Below, one piece after another: positions 34,560-46,285 of a stretch of DNA of 64,000 bases. Below the pieces are notes generated by a model. That model was not told the DNA's origin, did no database searches, and saw nothing but the letters and a program-made list of their open reading frames with translations. Position 1 is the first letter of the stretch. The number at the start of each line of letters is the position of its first letter. The position numbers were made by a program, and so were the translations under genes. The DNA is taken from positions 1,447,216 through 1,511,215 of the forward strand of contig CAJINV010000011.1 in NCBI GenBank assembly GCA_905178155.1, read 5' to 3'. Source of the DNA: Amoebophrya sp. A120. Its lineage: Eukaryota; Protista; Dinoflagellata.

Positions 34560-36050
34560 CTTTACTCGCGGACGCGGAAGCAGAAGCAAAGGCGGTTTTC
34601 GGCCGCAGGCTAGACGGGCGCGAAAGGCTCCCGCGTGTGCTAAGGCCACGGAGTGAAAGCCGGGCCAGGGCCACGGGGTGCGCGCGGCCGGCCGCCCTCG
34701 CGAAGCTGTGCCGGCGCGGAAAGTTTTGCCGCGGCCGGGTTCCCCAAAAGCTCGCTGGAAGATGTACAGTGAGTTCTTCAGAAACGAAACACGAGATGAA
34801 CGCAGCAACAGACTACGAAGAAAGTGCGGCTACTGTTGATCTTTCCTGCCGGGGGACCAACAAGCGCGCCGGCGCGGGGAAAGCCCCCGGGCAGCAGCGT
34901 GGCGCGCTCGTAAGTAGCCCCGCGGCCGATTTAGTTCGCGCAGCCTGCTTCGGCCCCTGGCTAGAGTGTGGCGCAGCCCGTCGCGCGCCCTTCCCGGGCC
35001 CATGGTGAGCGGGTGGCCCCGCCCGGGCGCGCGCCCTTGTTTGGCGCGACCACGCTCGCAGGCGTGGCGCAGCAATTCCGGAAGGGATAGCAGTGGGGGG
35101 CCAGGTTGCCGGCCGCGCCCCTTCAGGCCCAGGCGGATGGCCCGGGGGAAGGGGCGGGCGGCTTCGCCGGCCCGCGAGCGATGAAGGAGACCGCCCTAAA
35201 GTGCTACCCCATCCCGAAGGGGGCGCGGGCGAGCGCCCCCGCAAGCTGGCGGGGGTTTGCCTCTCCCGGCATTGCCCAAAAATTGGGCGCGGTCTATCGC
35301 AACGGAGCCGATTCAGTACTCTGCCGCCCTCGGTTCGCATTTCTTTGTGGAAGCATCGTGCCGGCGCCCCTCGGCCGGCCGGGGCCGGCCCTTCCGTCCG
35401 AGCGACCGAGCGAACGCCGGCCCCGACGGGGCCGCCCGGCCCCCGCGCGCGCGCCCGGGCCGCGCCCTGCAGTTCGATCGGGCCGGGGCGGATTTCGGTC
35501 GTCAAATTCGGCAAGACCGGACGCGCCAGCGGTGGCGTTAGCCTTCCCAGTGTGCCGAAAGAGAAAGGCCGCGTGAAGGCGGCCGCGCAACGGAGGAGGC
35601 AGGCCGAAAACAAGAAAAAGGAAGGGCGCCCGACGCATTTCTTCACTCGCAGAGGAGAAGGGGGGGGGGCGGTCGCGATGTGTGGCGTTTTGGCGTGCCT
35701 GTGCGCCCGGTCTCGTCGTGCTAGGAAGGGAGGGCGGGAACGAAGCCACGCGCGCGGGGCGGGGAGGGGGAGTGTCTTTGGCCGTTTGCTCCGGGCGCGC
35801 CCGCGAGCCCGGCAGCGGGCCCGGCGGCCGTGTGGCCCGCCCTTCGTTCCTTGGTGGGGTTGTATTTTCCGTGGCCTTGTTGCGCTTTCGCCGGCCGGCG
35901 GGCTGGCCGACGGCGACCGGGGGGGGCACCCTCCTCCGCTGCTTGCGCGCCGCAGCAGCGCAGCAAACGACCGGGGCGCGGCCGGGCGCGCCTCACCATG
36001 GGAGGGAAGGAGCGAGGGGGCGCACCGACCTCCGCCGGGTCGCGGCCCTA
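34560..36050. other. GC-rich non-genic island of unknown origin
   Basis: Extremely G/C-rich, homopolymer-laden sequence; no protein motif; no flanking repeat found; boundaries approximate. Confidence 0.5.
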
Positions 36051-36768
36051 AAGTTCCAGTTTCTTCTTGACGTTGGCTTTATGAAAAATTGCCTTTCCCG
36101 CCAGTCCCGGATCCCTCAGGGTGAGGAGCAAAGAATGAAACCTCGACAAGGAGTGTTGGCGCGCTGCAATTCAAATTCTACAAGCGAAGAGGGGGGACTT
36201 TGCTAGCATCGACGAGGCTGCGGATTTGCAGCGCTTGCCATAAGCTGCAGAGCCAACGACCCATCCTCTGAACATCTGTTGTAGAAGAAATGCTCTCATC
36301 ACTCGTTCTGCAGCTTCTGTTTCTCATCAACGTCGACCTCGTCATCATTCATGTCCAATAAGATTCAGTTGGTGCGAGTTTTTGTTTTTCGTTTTTTTTT
36401 TCGTCACTGAAGATCTGCATCAGCGTCGCTTTTCTTGATCTATTGCTTCCGCTTTCTATTGTTTCCACAAAGCGAAATAGAGAATTCGAATTGCCACGTG
36501 GTGACGCGGCCGGTAGTGAAGGTAGATCCTGACCACGCAGTGGTAGATGCAAGATCGTAATTGTAGTGCCGAGTCAACGTCTCCCTGCGGTTCCAGTTTT
36601 GGGTCATGTTGTAGTCGGCAATTGTCCTCGGTATACGAAATTCTAAAAAAACCAGTCGACAAGACCGATTTCTGTACCAAGACAGAACTAGATGAACCCG
36701 AATTGCTTTAGCGGAACATCAGATAAAAAGGTAAAACCACTACATCGTTCACTAAAACTAAAATAGCA

Positions 36769-39700
36769 ATGCCGGAGCCGGAAGGAGACGCGCCGGAAGG
36801 GGAGCGCAGACCAATCGGAAACCTCCGAGGTGGCCGTGGTCGAAAACGAGGCGGCCGCGGCCGAAAGGATCGAGGCCGCAACAACGACCACGACGACCAT
36901 CCCGGCGACGGTCCGGGCCATCAGCAAACCCGCGGAGTTTTTGCGCCCGCTGCTGCGTCCTTCGTGGACAAACGTGCGTATGGGCTGTTCAATCCGCTGC
37001 GCCCGGACGGGGCTCCTTCGTCGGAGCAAAACAAAAACACGATGAATGAAGACCAAACTGCCGAGAGAGTCGAGGCTCTACTTGAGCAGGACAAGATTCC
37101 CGAGCTTCGTGGGGGCCGTGGTTCCGGTCGTGCTCCTTGTGCTGCCAACGGTACTGCAGGGGACGTCGAGGGCTTCAGCGCGGAGGACCGGCAGTCTGTA
37201 GATGATTTGTTCTTCTCCTCTTCTCGTGATGGCCAACGAGAAAAACAACCTCGGCCGCCGAATCTGAAGCGCTCCCGGGGTGATTCGTTTGAAAGCAAAA
37301 CAACTAGGGACGACACGTTCACCGCTTCGTCCAACGCCGGAAATCTTTGGGGTATGCCTATGCGTCGTGGTCGTGCTCCTGCTGCTTCTCGACGCGACGA
37401 GCGCGACCCAATGTCAGCTTCTGGTACAACTTCTGGTACTACCGACCGGCGCGCCTTAGCTTTGTTCGCCGGAATCAAGTCCGGGGGAAACAGGCTCATC
37501 AACGAGGACTTGATGTTGACAAAAAACAAAACTAACGCGAACCCCAATAACCGTAACGACCTGAACTCCCGTAGAAGAGACCGCGGCGGGCGCCGGGCCG
37601 CACGAGCAGGAGGACCCCCTCTGTCGTCTTCTGGTGTTGTCTCAGGACGAGCAGATCGAAATGGTGAACCAGGCGTCTTCCCAGGAGGTGGGATGAACAA
37701 GGACAGGCGTGCTTTGGATTTGCTAGCTCCCTTGGGCGGTGGCGGCGGCGGGGCAAATCGAAGTAAAAGTAGTACTAATGCAGCGAAGAACAAGCAGAAC
37801 AAGCGCCAGCGCGAGCACCTAGAAGCCGCGCCTCGCGAGGACACAGGCATGGTTTTTTCCGCACTTACGGGCGGAGGTGGGAACAATAGCACAAGTAACG
37901 CGACGAAGCGAATGAGAGCTTGTTCTCGTGCGAAGAGATCTTGTTCTCGTACGAGACGTTGTTCTCGTGAGAGAGCTGCTTGCTCTCGTGAGAGAGCTGC
38001 TTGCTCTCGCCAGAGAGCTGCTTGCTCTCGCCAGAGAGCTGCTTGCTCTAGAGCTTGTTCTCGCCAAAGAGCTTGTTCTCGAAGCAGAAACACTTGTTCT
38101 CGAAGCAGAAACAACATCAAACGACCTCCCCCACCGCTCGCACCAGCAGTGGTCTCCGAAAACGCACGGATCAGCAGTAGGAACATGAAAAGAACGAAAA
38201 CTACCGCTCCTGGCACAACTACGACTTCGACTTCTTGTTCTGCGGAGAATAAAACCGCGTATTCCTTGTTCTCCGCCGTGGCCGCGGACCACGCGAGGAA
38301 TATTAACTCTGCGACGAAATCTACGCTGTTGAATTTAGACGACTTTGAATTCCACCAGCCGACCGGGTTCCCTGCCCCCGATAAAGACCTGCTTGTGGAC
38401 AACTCCCTTGCCCATAAGTTCCCGCTTGATGTTACGGCCGGTGGTGGAGTATAAATATAGTGCCACGAGAATGAAACTAGCGACCTACGAGAATGAGGAA
38501 GCAAATGGGGCTCCACCCGCTTACAACTTTTCCCGCTCCGGACGGGGTAGAAGCTGCGCTTTTCATAGGGCTTGTGCCCGTTTTTTCGCGCGCAAAGCTA
38601 CTTGTTTTGCGCGCGGTTTTTCTCCGCTCGAGCGGTCGGGTGGAGAAAAACTGCATTACAAAATTGGAAAACCAGCCGGATGCAGATGCAGCTTTTCTCC
38701 CCGCAGGAGAAAAGCCGCGCCACAAATTCGCAAACTCCGCTTCCTCCGGTTGGAGAAAGTGAAAGACCGCGCCTCCGGTTCTCCGCATTACAAATGCGGA
38801 AAGGTGGCCTTTCCGCATTACAAGTGCGGAAAGGTGCCCATAGCCATTGCGTTTGTAATGCGGAGAGCCCGACCTTTCAAAGGTCGGGCTCTCCGCATTA
38901 CAAATGCAATGGGCGGAAAGGTCGGGCTCTCCGCATTACACATGCGGAGTGCGGGGCTCCCCAGAGCTCGGGGTTCGGGTTGTGGGTAAAATGGGGAAAG
39001 GGGAAAGCCCGGACCCTCGGGTTCTCCGCAACCCGGGCTCTTCTCCGCATTACAAATCCCCCCGTTCGCCAAAAGCGGCTGCCACAGCCGCTGCACACCG
39101 TCGGGCGTAACCTTTTGCGCGATGCTATCCCCAAGCAGCAATATTCGCACTCCCGATAGCATCGGGCGTGAGGTTATGCTGCATGGTATCGCTGCGTGCG
39201 AATTTTCCTCGCAGCCATACCATGCTGCATTAGGTTACGCACGACCTGTGGCTGTCTTTTTCTGCCCCCCTTGGGCGTTGTGCAGCTTCTTTTTACCCTC
39301 AAACACGACCGGACTCCGGGAAAAGTTGTGGCTTAGGGAGGAAGCACAACTTTTCCGCGGACCACGCACCCCAAGCCGGCCCCGCCCCAAGGGGCGCCCG
39401 CGAGACACGCCGGGGCCGCGCGCAAAATTGTGGCGGTTGTCTTTGTTTCGCAAGCACGCACGCCCATGAGAGTGGCCTCTCTATTTTGCGCGCCGGCTGC
39501 ATCTACTCCGGGCCCGGGCCGGGGTTCTGATTGATGGGAGGCCGTCGGCCGTTCATTCTCTTCGCTACCTAGGCTACCCAAAAGTGCCTAGGCTGCCCAT
39601 AAGTTCCCGCTTGATGTTACGGCCGGTGGTGGAGGAGGTGGAGCTTAGGGTGGGACTAATTGCAAAAGCGGAACCCTGCGGAACGTGCTAAAATCGCGCT

Positions 39701-41537
39701 TTCGCGTGCTTGGCCCCGCAAACGCGCGATCTTTTCGAGGCGCGGCAGGAACTTCGCTCCGTCGGCGGCCCTAAGTGTCGCGGCGATCCCCCGCCGATAA
39801 ACGGCACATGGGTGATTGCAAAATGTGCAACCCCTGCTCGGGAGCATGTGCGTGGGTCTGTTAAGGCGTAGCGCCTTCGCGCGGACGCTCCTACATGGTT
39901 TTGGGGGCCCGGCCGGCACATTTGGTCGTCCGTTTGGGCGCGTGGGCCTTATGCGACGCCGGGCCGGCTGGCCTAAAATGGGCCCCGATGGAAAGTCCAG
40001 GACCCTTTTCCCTTGGGGGATTTATCGTTAGTTTCCGGCTCGGAGACCGCGTACAGGCGGCGCGCGAGGCACGCTTCCACCCGACAGGCGCGAGGAGCAT
40101 AGTCCCACTTCTCCCGCCATTGGGCCGCTTTCCCGTGGCGAAAGCAACTCCGCGCGGCCACCGGGGCCGGCCCTGCGCCTTGGGGCCTGACGCGGCCTCC
40201 AAGGAAGCTCGCCCGATGGTAATGCAGCACGCGCAGCGGGGGTGTTGCGCGTGTAGTTAGGGGCCTGGAGGCGGGCCCGCGGCGGAAAGGCGGAGATAGG
40301 TTAGCCCGGGGCGGGCCATGTGCATCTGTCGAAGACAGGAAAGTAGCAACGCCGGCGCGCCAAGCAAAAGAAACAGCGCCGGGGCGCAGCCGGCCGGCGT
40401 TGCGCCCCCCCCCCTGGGCATTGGCCCGGCGCGCGGCTGCTTTTGGAAATATTTTCCACCAAGTTGACTCGCCTTGGGCGCTGCGCCGGTGTCTATTGAG
40501 GTCCGTTTTGTTTTTGGCCCATAAGTTCCCGCTTGATGTTACGGCCGGTGGTGGAGGAGGTGGAGCTCCTGCTACTTCCTGAGGTGACTTCCACCGGAGC
40601 GCCGCGGCCGCTCCAGGCCCGCCGGTTGCGCCGTTGGCCGCCAGGGGCCGGCGGGCGCCGACGACCTGCGCACGCGGGGGCGCCGGGCTATTCTCAACAA
40701 AGAGAAGAGCGAACTAGCGCGCCACCCCTAGCGCCCACCGCCGCCCGCCCGGGCGCGCCCCCTCCGTGTGGCCTGCCGGCCTTTTTGGGGTATGCGGCCT
40801 TTTCGGCATTGGCCCGCCGGCCGCACGGGGCCAGCTTCTCGCCAGCGATCGGGCGGATTGACTACCGGCAGGCGCGTTGGTTTTCCTTTCTAGGCATAAC
40901 GAAAAAGCAGCGCAGGCGGCACCCAAAACAATCGGCGCCCGGTCTGAATCTCGACAGTAGGCATCTATCGCCGGAGCGTCCAATTGTCCGGATTCAGGTC
41001 GCGTTTTGATGTCAAAGCAAGCCGGTTTTGGTTTCTGGCACTAAGCACGAAAAACAATGTGAAAAGGCAGAAAAAGCGTCGCCGCGCCACACCTTGCCCC
41101 CCTGTTGCTAGTTCCAAAGCTGGCCGGCGTCACAGGTGCGCTCACAGAACAGCTCATGTTGAAGCTGTCGCGACCCTCTCGAATATGGGCCGCGCAAGTC
41201 TTTGGCAACTTCTTTGCAAGTTTCGACCTGCATAAGATTGGGGGTCCGTTCCACCAGTAACCATAAGTTCCCGCTTGATGTTACGGCCGGTGGTGGAGGA
41301 GGTGGAGCTCCTGCTTCTTCTTCGACGGAAAGTAGTGCGGTGAACCCTGGTGACTTGATGGAGTTGGAACTTCTTCTAAGTGGAGGGACGAGGAACAATG
41401 TCAACAACATGGTGAACTACGACGAGCAAAACCATGTTAACCACTCTGTGATGATTCCACCACCTGTGGAGCAGGTGGTCCTCTGGCCAAACGGCGACAG
41501 AACAGGTTTTTCGGTGCCGTCGTTTGTTGAGAAATGA
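36769..41537 (+). CDS. Arg/Gly/Ser-rich hypothetical protein interrupted by three inserts
   Basis: The ORF from 36769 reads ...DNSLAHKFPLDVTAGGG to 38449 and resumes in register at 41299 (GGGAPASSSTESS...stop 41537) if 38450..41298 is removed. Confidence 0.65.
37915..38110. repeat. Coding minisatellite, 15-21 bp units encoding (A)ACSR(E/Q)R repeats
   Basis: Tandem GAGAGCTGCTTGCTCTCG(TGA/CCA) units. Confidence 0.88.
38409..41313. repeat. Four-copy 41-55 bp direct-repeat array with three unique spacers
   Basis: CCATAAGTTCCCGCTTGATGTTACGGCCGGTGGTGGAG core in copies 38409-38449, 39594-39645, 40517-40573 and 41261 onward. Confidence 0.95.
38844..38912. repeat. 69-bp near-perfect palindrome within a cluster of CTCCGCATTACAAA repeats
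   Basis: 34-bp arms around C38878 with one G-T mismatch. Confidence 0.92.
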
Positions 41538-42719
41538 TGTTGACCACAGACGTGTCTCTGTCAACATCTAGTTCATCCGATGTTGGGACCTTTTCATCCA
41601 CCGGATTCTGGCAAAGATGGGTACTTAAAAACTTCTCATTTCGTACGTCGACCACGAGTGGTTCAAGATAGACAGCTGTCATGACCTACTAGTAGTAGAT
41701 CTCAGAGATTCTTGAAATTGAAAATACCCGGTAGAATACAACTCATTCTTTCATTCTGTTCTTTGAAGCGAAAACGAAATTCAAATCATAGAAATTTTGA
41801 CGAACGACATTTTGAAGCGAATCTGAGCGTTCTCAATGGAACAACTTCGACAAGCAGAACCAGAAGTCCAGCCCTTCTGCGACGTTCTTGTGTGGTTCTT
41901 GTTTGTTCAGAAATAAAAACGAAAGAGGCCAGACGAGAGCGCGACGGCTGCCCCAAGGTCGTGTCATCAAAGGAGGGTGTGGTTGTAAATGCGACGCAGG
42001 CTTACCCCTACGCGGCCGAGTCGGTCAAGTTCACGTAGAATTCTTTCCTGCTGTGAAAGATCCTATAGCTATCGAAGTTCTTGCTGCTGCAGCGCCGCGC
42101 ACGAAATGCTGGTCGATCCTCTACTCGATTCTTCAGTTTGTTGGAGATCCACCCGCCAAGTGTTTTTTTTTTTCACTCGATCGGAATCCGAACAAGAAGC
42201 CGAACGACCCATTTCATTCTGTTTCTCCCTCTGCTCCGTGCATAATTCGTGACACAGACACAGACAAGGATCTTTGCACCAAATCCAAATCAGCCGAAGT
42301 TTAAAGTAAGAAAATAAACAGCAGCAGTGCGTCAGAAGCAAGCGGAACAAGCGTGAAGATGGCACATGATAAATTGCACATGGCACGAATCTACTTCACA
42401 CCAGGAGCGGCCACACGACGGTCCACCGACATGCCGGAGGCTCACTGAAAAAGCGAAAAGACATAAAACATGCAATTGTGATGTTGGCCCTCGTCATGAT
42501 GTCATTGAGTTCATGTCGATCTGATTTCCCTGTAACAAGTAAGTAGTGTTTAGAAACAGCAAGCATCGTCTTAATAGATGTTGAGCAGGAAGAGCACCTC
42601 CAAGACTGCGGCCTCTTAGCATCCTGGAATAAAAGATAAAGAGTCCCAGAACACTTATGACTTATTCACTCTCTCAGTCTCAACATCAACATTTCTATTT
42701 CAGACCGCACATCAACATC

Positions 42720-45293
42720 ATGTCCCTGCACCAGAACATCGACCAGTCGTCGTCCGCATTTCGTGATATCGACCTGCACGACCTAGCCAACTTTGATTAC
42801 AATCCGGAGCTGCAGGCTAAAATTCTCAAATCTTGGCGCCAGCATCTGCATCTCCCGGCCGACGATCATGAACGGGATTACTACAACCTGCAGGAAGAAG
42901 CCGTTAATGCAGTGCGGCAACGGCTCGGGCGTCTTTTTGACGGAGATAGATACGACGCCTTTAAAGATCTAGGTTCTTCTTCCGCAAGAACGGCAGCGCA
43001 ACTTCTACCAACTGACGAAAAGAACCACGCAGAGCTGGCGCGATGGGAGCTGGCAGCTGTTTTTCACCTTTTCTTCAAGAAGCGATTTTTCAAAATCAAT
43101 GCGGTGGAGGAAGATGAGTCGACGGACGAAGAGGACACTTCTACAGCAGAAGATGAGGACAAAAAAACGGCGCCCCGCACCGACAAGTCCGCATTTCAGG
43201 AGTGGAACTGTTCCCAGCTTGTCAAACAGTGGGCGCAGAACTGCAAGGAGATGGAAGACTTGTTTGCCATTGACGACGTGGAGGTTGAGGAGCTGGAAAG
43301 GAACAAATGCGAAAATTTAGCAGCGAGGAAAAACAATGCTGTAACTGTAACTTCTGCTACTACAAGAGTTGCACCACAAGAACCACGACCTCCCACCGTA
43401 TTGGAAGAAGTGTCGCCGTACGTCGCCCGGCGGCTGCTCTTCGAGAACGAACATGATGAAGATGGCAGTTCTACTTCCCCAGTGGAGATCGTGCAACAAC
43501 GCAAGGCCTCCCAGTCCCGTCGGAAAACGGAAGTGGAGCAGAAAAAACAATCACAGCAATTACACCACCTCGGCCCCGAGAAAATGAAACAAATGCAAAA
43601 GCGTTCTGAAGAAAAAGAAAAACAAAAAAGAATCGGGTGTGAAGATGAAAAAGACCAAGACTATAATTCCACAATCGAACAGTGTGACGACAAGGAAGAT
43701 CACCACACGGAGCAAGGACAAGCGCACAGATCAGCATCCTTTTTCAAAATTACAGAGCTTGGCTGCGGCAGTAACGGGGCTGCGGGAGTGGAGCTTTTGC
43801 GGGCGGCGGGATTGTTTTCTAGTACACGTGGAGGTATACGTGCTCGTGGGCAAGAACAAAGCGCGCTGGCGAACAAGGATCTTTCTGTAGCTTCTCAGTT
43901 GTGTGCCTTTGCCTCAGAAGGGAAGCATCAAATGATCAGAGCTGCCTCCTGCGAAGGAGAAAGCCCTACACGACCTCTCGAGGACTACAGCATGATTTCT
44001 CGCACAACATCCGTAGAACTTCCAGTCGCGGTCCACCTCTGTCTCACAGACGGAAACCGAGCAGCGCTGGAAAAATTACAACAAGCGATCGTGAAACCTT
44101 TGAACACAAACCTGAAGTCTCACCGACGTCGGGAAAATTTTTGCTTCGCGAGGGACGAGAACTCCGCAAGGAAGCCCGCCCTTTGCTCCAAAATAACCAC
44201 CAAGCATCTCCTCTGGGGGCAAGACATCGACTTCTACCAAGAGGAACTGGCCGATGGCGATGGGAAGAAATGCTGCGTTGAAAATAAGAAGCCGGATTTG
44301 GTCGTTTGCTCGGATCTCGCTTACTGCGAGAACAATTTTGTCCCCTTGTTGATCACACTGCTGCTTCTCACTAGCGCAAAAGATGAACCACGGAGCGTTA
44401 CAACTACTTCGCGAGCCGCCGCCTACAAAAAGGACTTGCTGGAACGGAAATTCCCGAAGATGATGAGGTTCGACAGTCCGAGCGCGCAAATGCGTGTCGC
44501 TGAACAAGCAAAGCATGAAAATAAATCCGATCATGAAGATCCAACCCTGGATGGCAATGACACCTCGTTCGTTCTGTTCGCCGTGCAGAAGCGAAGCCGG
44601 GTAGAAGCGGCTTTGCTGCATTTGCTGGCGATTTACTTCGAGGTAAAACTGCTTGCGGTAGGGGAGGTTTGTTGCAGCGAGAACGAGGATTCTACGCTAT
44701 CTTCCGACAGTGATGGGACTTTCCACAACTTGATGGGGAAAGAAAAAACGAAAGAACTCCATTCTCACGATTTGAAATTTTTGCCCCGTTTAAGCTCCGG
44801 CCTCCAGGACTGCGTTTTCTACATGCTGAAGCGACGGAAGAAAGCACTTAAGCCGGAACAAGTCGTTTTCGCGGTCGAAGAAAGTGAATTCGCCGAAAAA
44901 TACCAGCCGGACGCGGGCGAGATTTTGCACGCCATGGGCCGCATGGGGCGGGCGCACAAGCAGAAGTTGGTGAGCAAGATGGTGTATCGCGAGGACTTAC
45001 AGGATGGATTACCATTGCGCTTGTGGAAGAGCAGCTGGAAAGCGGCGAGGAAGTTTCTGTTTGATCAGGGTTTGATGTCCTTGCGAAGTGATACTTCCAG
45101 CAGTGAAAAGGACAAAGACGTCGACGACGACGAGGACGCGACCCTGGAATTCGAATTGGATATGGAAGAACAACACTGGAGCGCTTTGCGGACGTGCCCG
45201 CGGGGTTACCACGACGAGTTCGTGTTTAAAGACTCCCTAACCAAAGGACACTACGACCCACGAGTTGACACGATTCTAGGCACGCTGATGTAG
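42720..45293 (+). CDS. SAM-dependent protein methyltransferase, family 16 (METTL21/EEF2KMT-like) with long insertions
   Basis: Motif I ITELGCGSNG, post-I LCLTDGN, LLWG, motif II + DxxY PDLVVCSDLAY; single ORF (alternative start 42657). Confidence 0.8.
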   Translation: MSLHQNIDQSSSAFRDIDLHDLANFDYNPELQAKILKSWRQHLHLPADDHERDYYNLQEEAVNAVRQRLGRLFDGDRYDAFKDLGSSSARTAAQLLPTDEKNHAELARWELAAVFHLFFKKRFFKINAVEEDESTDEEDTSTAEDEDKKTAPRTDKSAFQEWNCSQLVKQWAQNCKEMEDLFAIDDVEVEELERNKCENLAARKNNAVTVTSATTRVAPQEPRPPTVLEEVSPYVARRLLFENEHDEDGSSTSPVEIVQQRKASQSRRKTEVEQKKQSQQLHHLGPEKMKQMQKRSEEKEKQKRIGCEDEKDQDYNSTIEQCDDKEDHHTEQGQAHRSASFFKITELGCGSNGAAGVELLRAAGLFSSTRGGIRARGQEQSALANKDLSVASQLCAFASEGKHQMIRAASCEGESPTRPLEDYSMISRTTSVELPVAVHLCLTDGNRAALEKLQQAIVKPLNTNLKSHRRRENFCFARDENSARKPALCSKITTKHLLWGQDIDFYQEELADGDGKKCCVENKKPDLVVCSDLAYCENNFVPLLITLLLLTSAKDEPRSVTTTSRAAAYKKDLLERKFPKMMRFDSPSAQMRVAEQAKHENKSDHEDPTLDGNDTSFVLFAVQKRSRVEAALLHLLAIYFEVKLLAVGEVCCSENEDSTLSSDSDGTFHNLMGKEKTKELHSHDLKFLPRLSSGLQDCVFYMLKRRKKALKPEQVVFAVEESEFAEKYQPDAGEILHAMGRMGRAHKQKLVSKMVYREDLQDGLPLRLWKSSWKAARKFLFDQGLMSLRSDTSSSEKDKDVDDDEDATLEFELDMEEQHWSALRTCPRGYHDEFVFKDSLTKGHYDPRVDTILGTLM

Positions 45294-46285
45294 TAGAAAC
45301 GATAATGATAAGCGACGGACTATAATAGATACTGACGTTCGTGCACGAGCACCGTCATCAGAAAAACAAATAAGGATTCCTTTTTACGAACGCATTACAA
45401 CAGAGGAAATTTCAAGATGTTGCGATAGATGCTTCCCCTGCACGTGCACAGCACTATCGCGAAGCGAAGTTTTGACCTAAGTAACATCCACGTTGGCAAT
45501 ATAAAAAAAATCTTCTTTTTCCTCCCACCTCTTGTCGCTCGCCAATCACTGGCTGAAAAGAGACGACTGGAAAAGTAGCAGCATTGAGCGAAGAATTACG
45601 GTTTCATCTGTGTGTGCAGTTTGCTACATTATTTTTACGAAAGCAAAGAGGTAGATAATACGAAGATGAGTTTGAGAACTAAGTAAAGTAGACGACAAAT
45701 AAAGGCAACTACAAATACAATCAACCTATGACTTGTTGACCTTCTTGGATTTATTCTCCCCCGCGGCCGCGACATGATTTTTCTGCACCTCTCAAAAATA
45801 GAAGAAGTTGGGATTATCTCCGGCGTCGCTGAGTGATAGTGCGCTCGTTTACGCCTTCTTGGTGTCAGCACGACCCGCGGAGTAGATGTTCTTATTTTCT
45901 TCATGTTTCTTTGTCAGAGGAACGCCGTCTCATCATGAGGCGGTCATGGTCATGTTGAAGATGATACTGAACACACTTTGTCGTTGTCGTAAGTTTTCCA
46001 CAATAAATTGAGCCTTGGACGACCGCTCGCGTGAAGATAGATTTGAGAGGGCTTGAGTGTCGTTTGAGTGAACATGAGTTCAGAGATACCAAATTACTCC
46101 TGGCGCGTGCGTCCACCCTCGATACCTTTTTCTTTTCTATCATGTAGTAACAAGAGCGGAAGGTTGTAGGCGAGAGAACAAACTTTCCGGAGAGCAGCAG
46201 CAGGATGAACTTGGAATATTAAAAAGAGTGTTTCTTTCTCTTCGTTTTTTCTTCTTGAGGAACCACGACCTCGTAGTTCTCTATC

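Noticed and set aside
36921-38516. 531-aa minus-strand ORF with REQAAL heptads
   Set aside because: Antisense shadow of the + ORF; the + frame resumes after the inserts and matches the orientation of the gene block.
39644-39650. TTAGGG at the start of spacer 2 as telomere addition
   Set aside because: Single hexamer; not distinguishable from chance.
38409-41313. CRISPR array
   Set aside because: Spacers are ~0.7-1.1 kb, repeat lengths vary, the repeat is host coding sequence, no cas genes are present and the context is eukaryotic.
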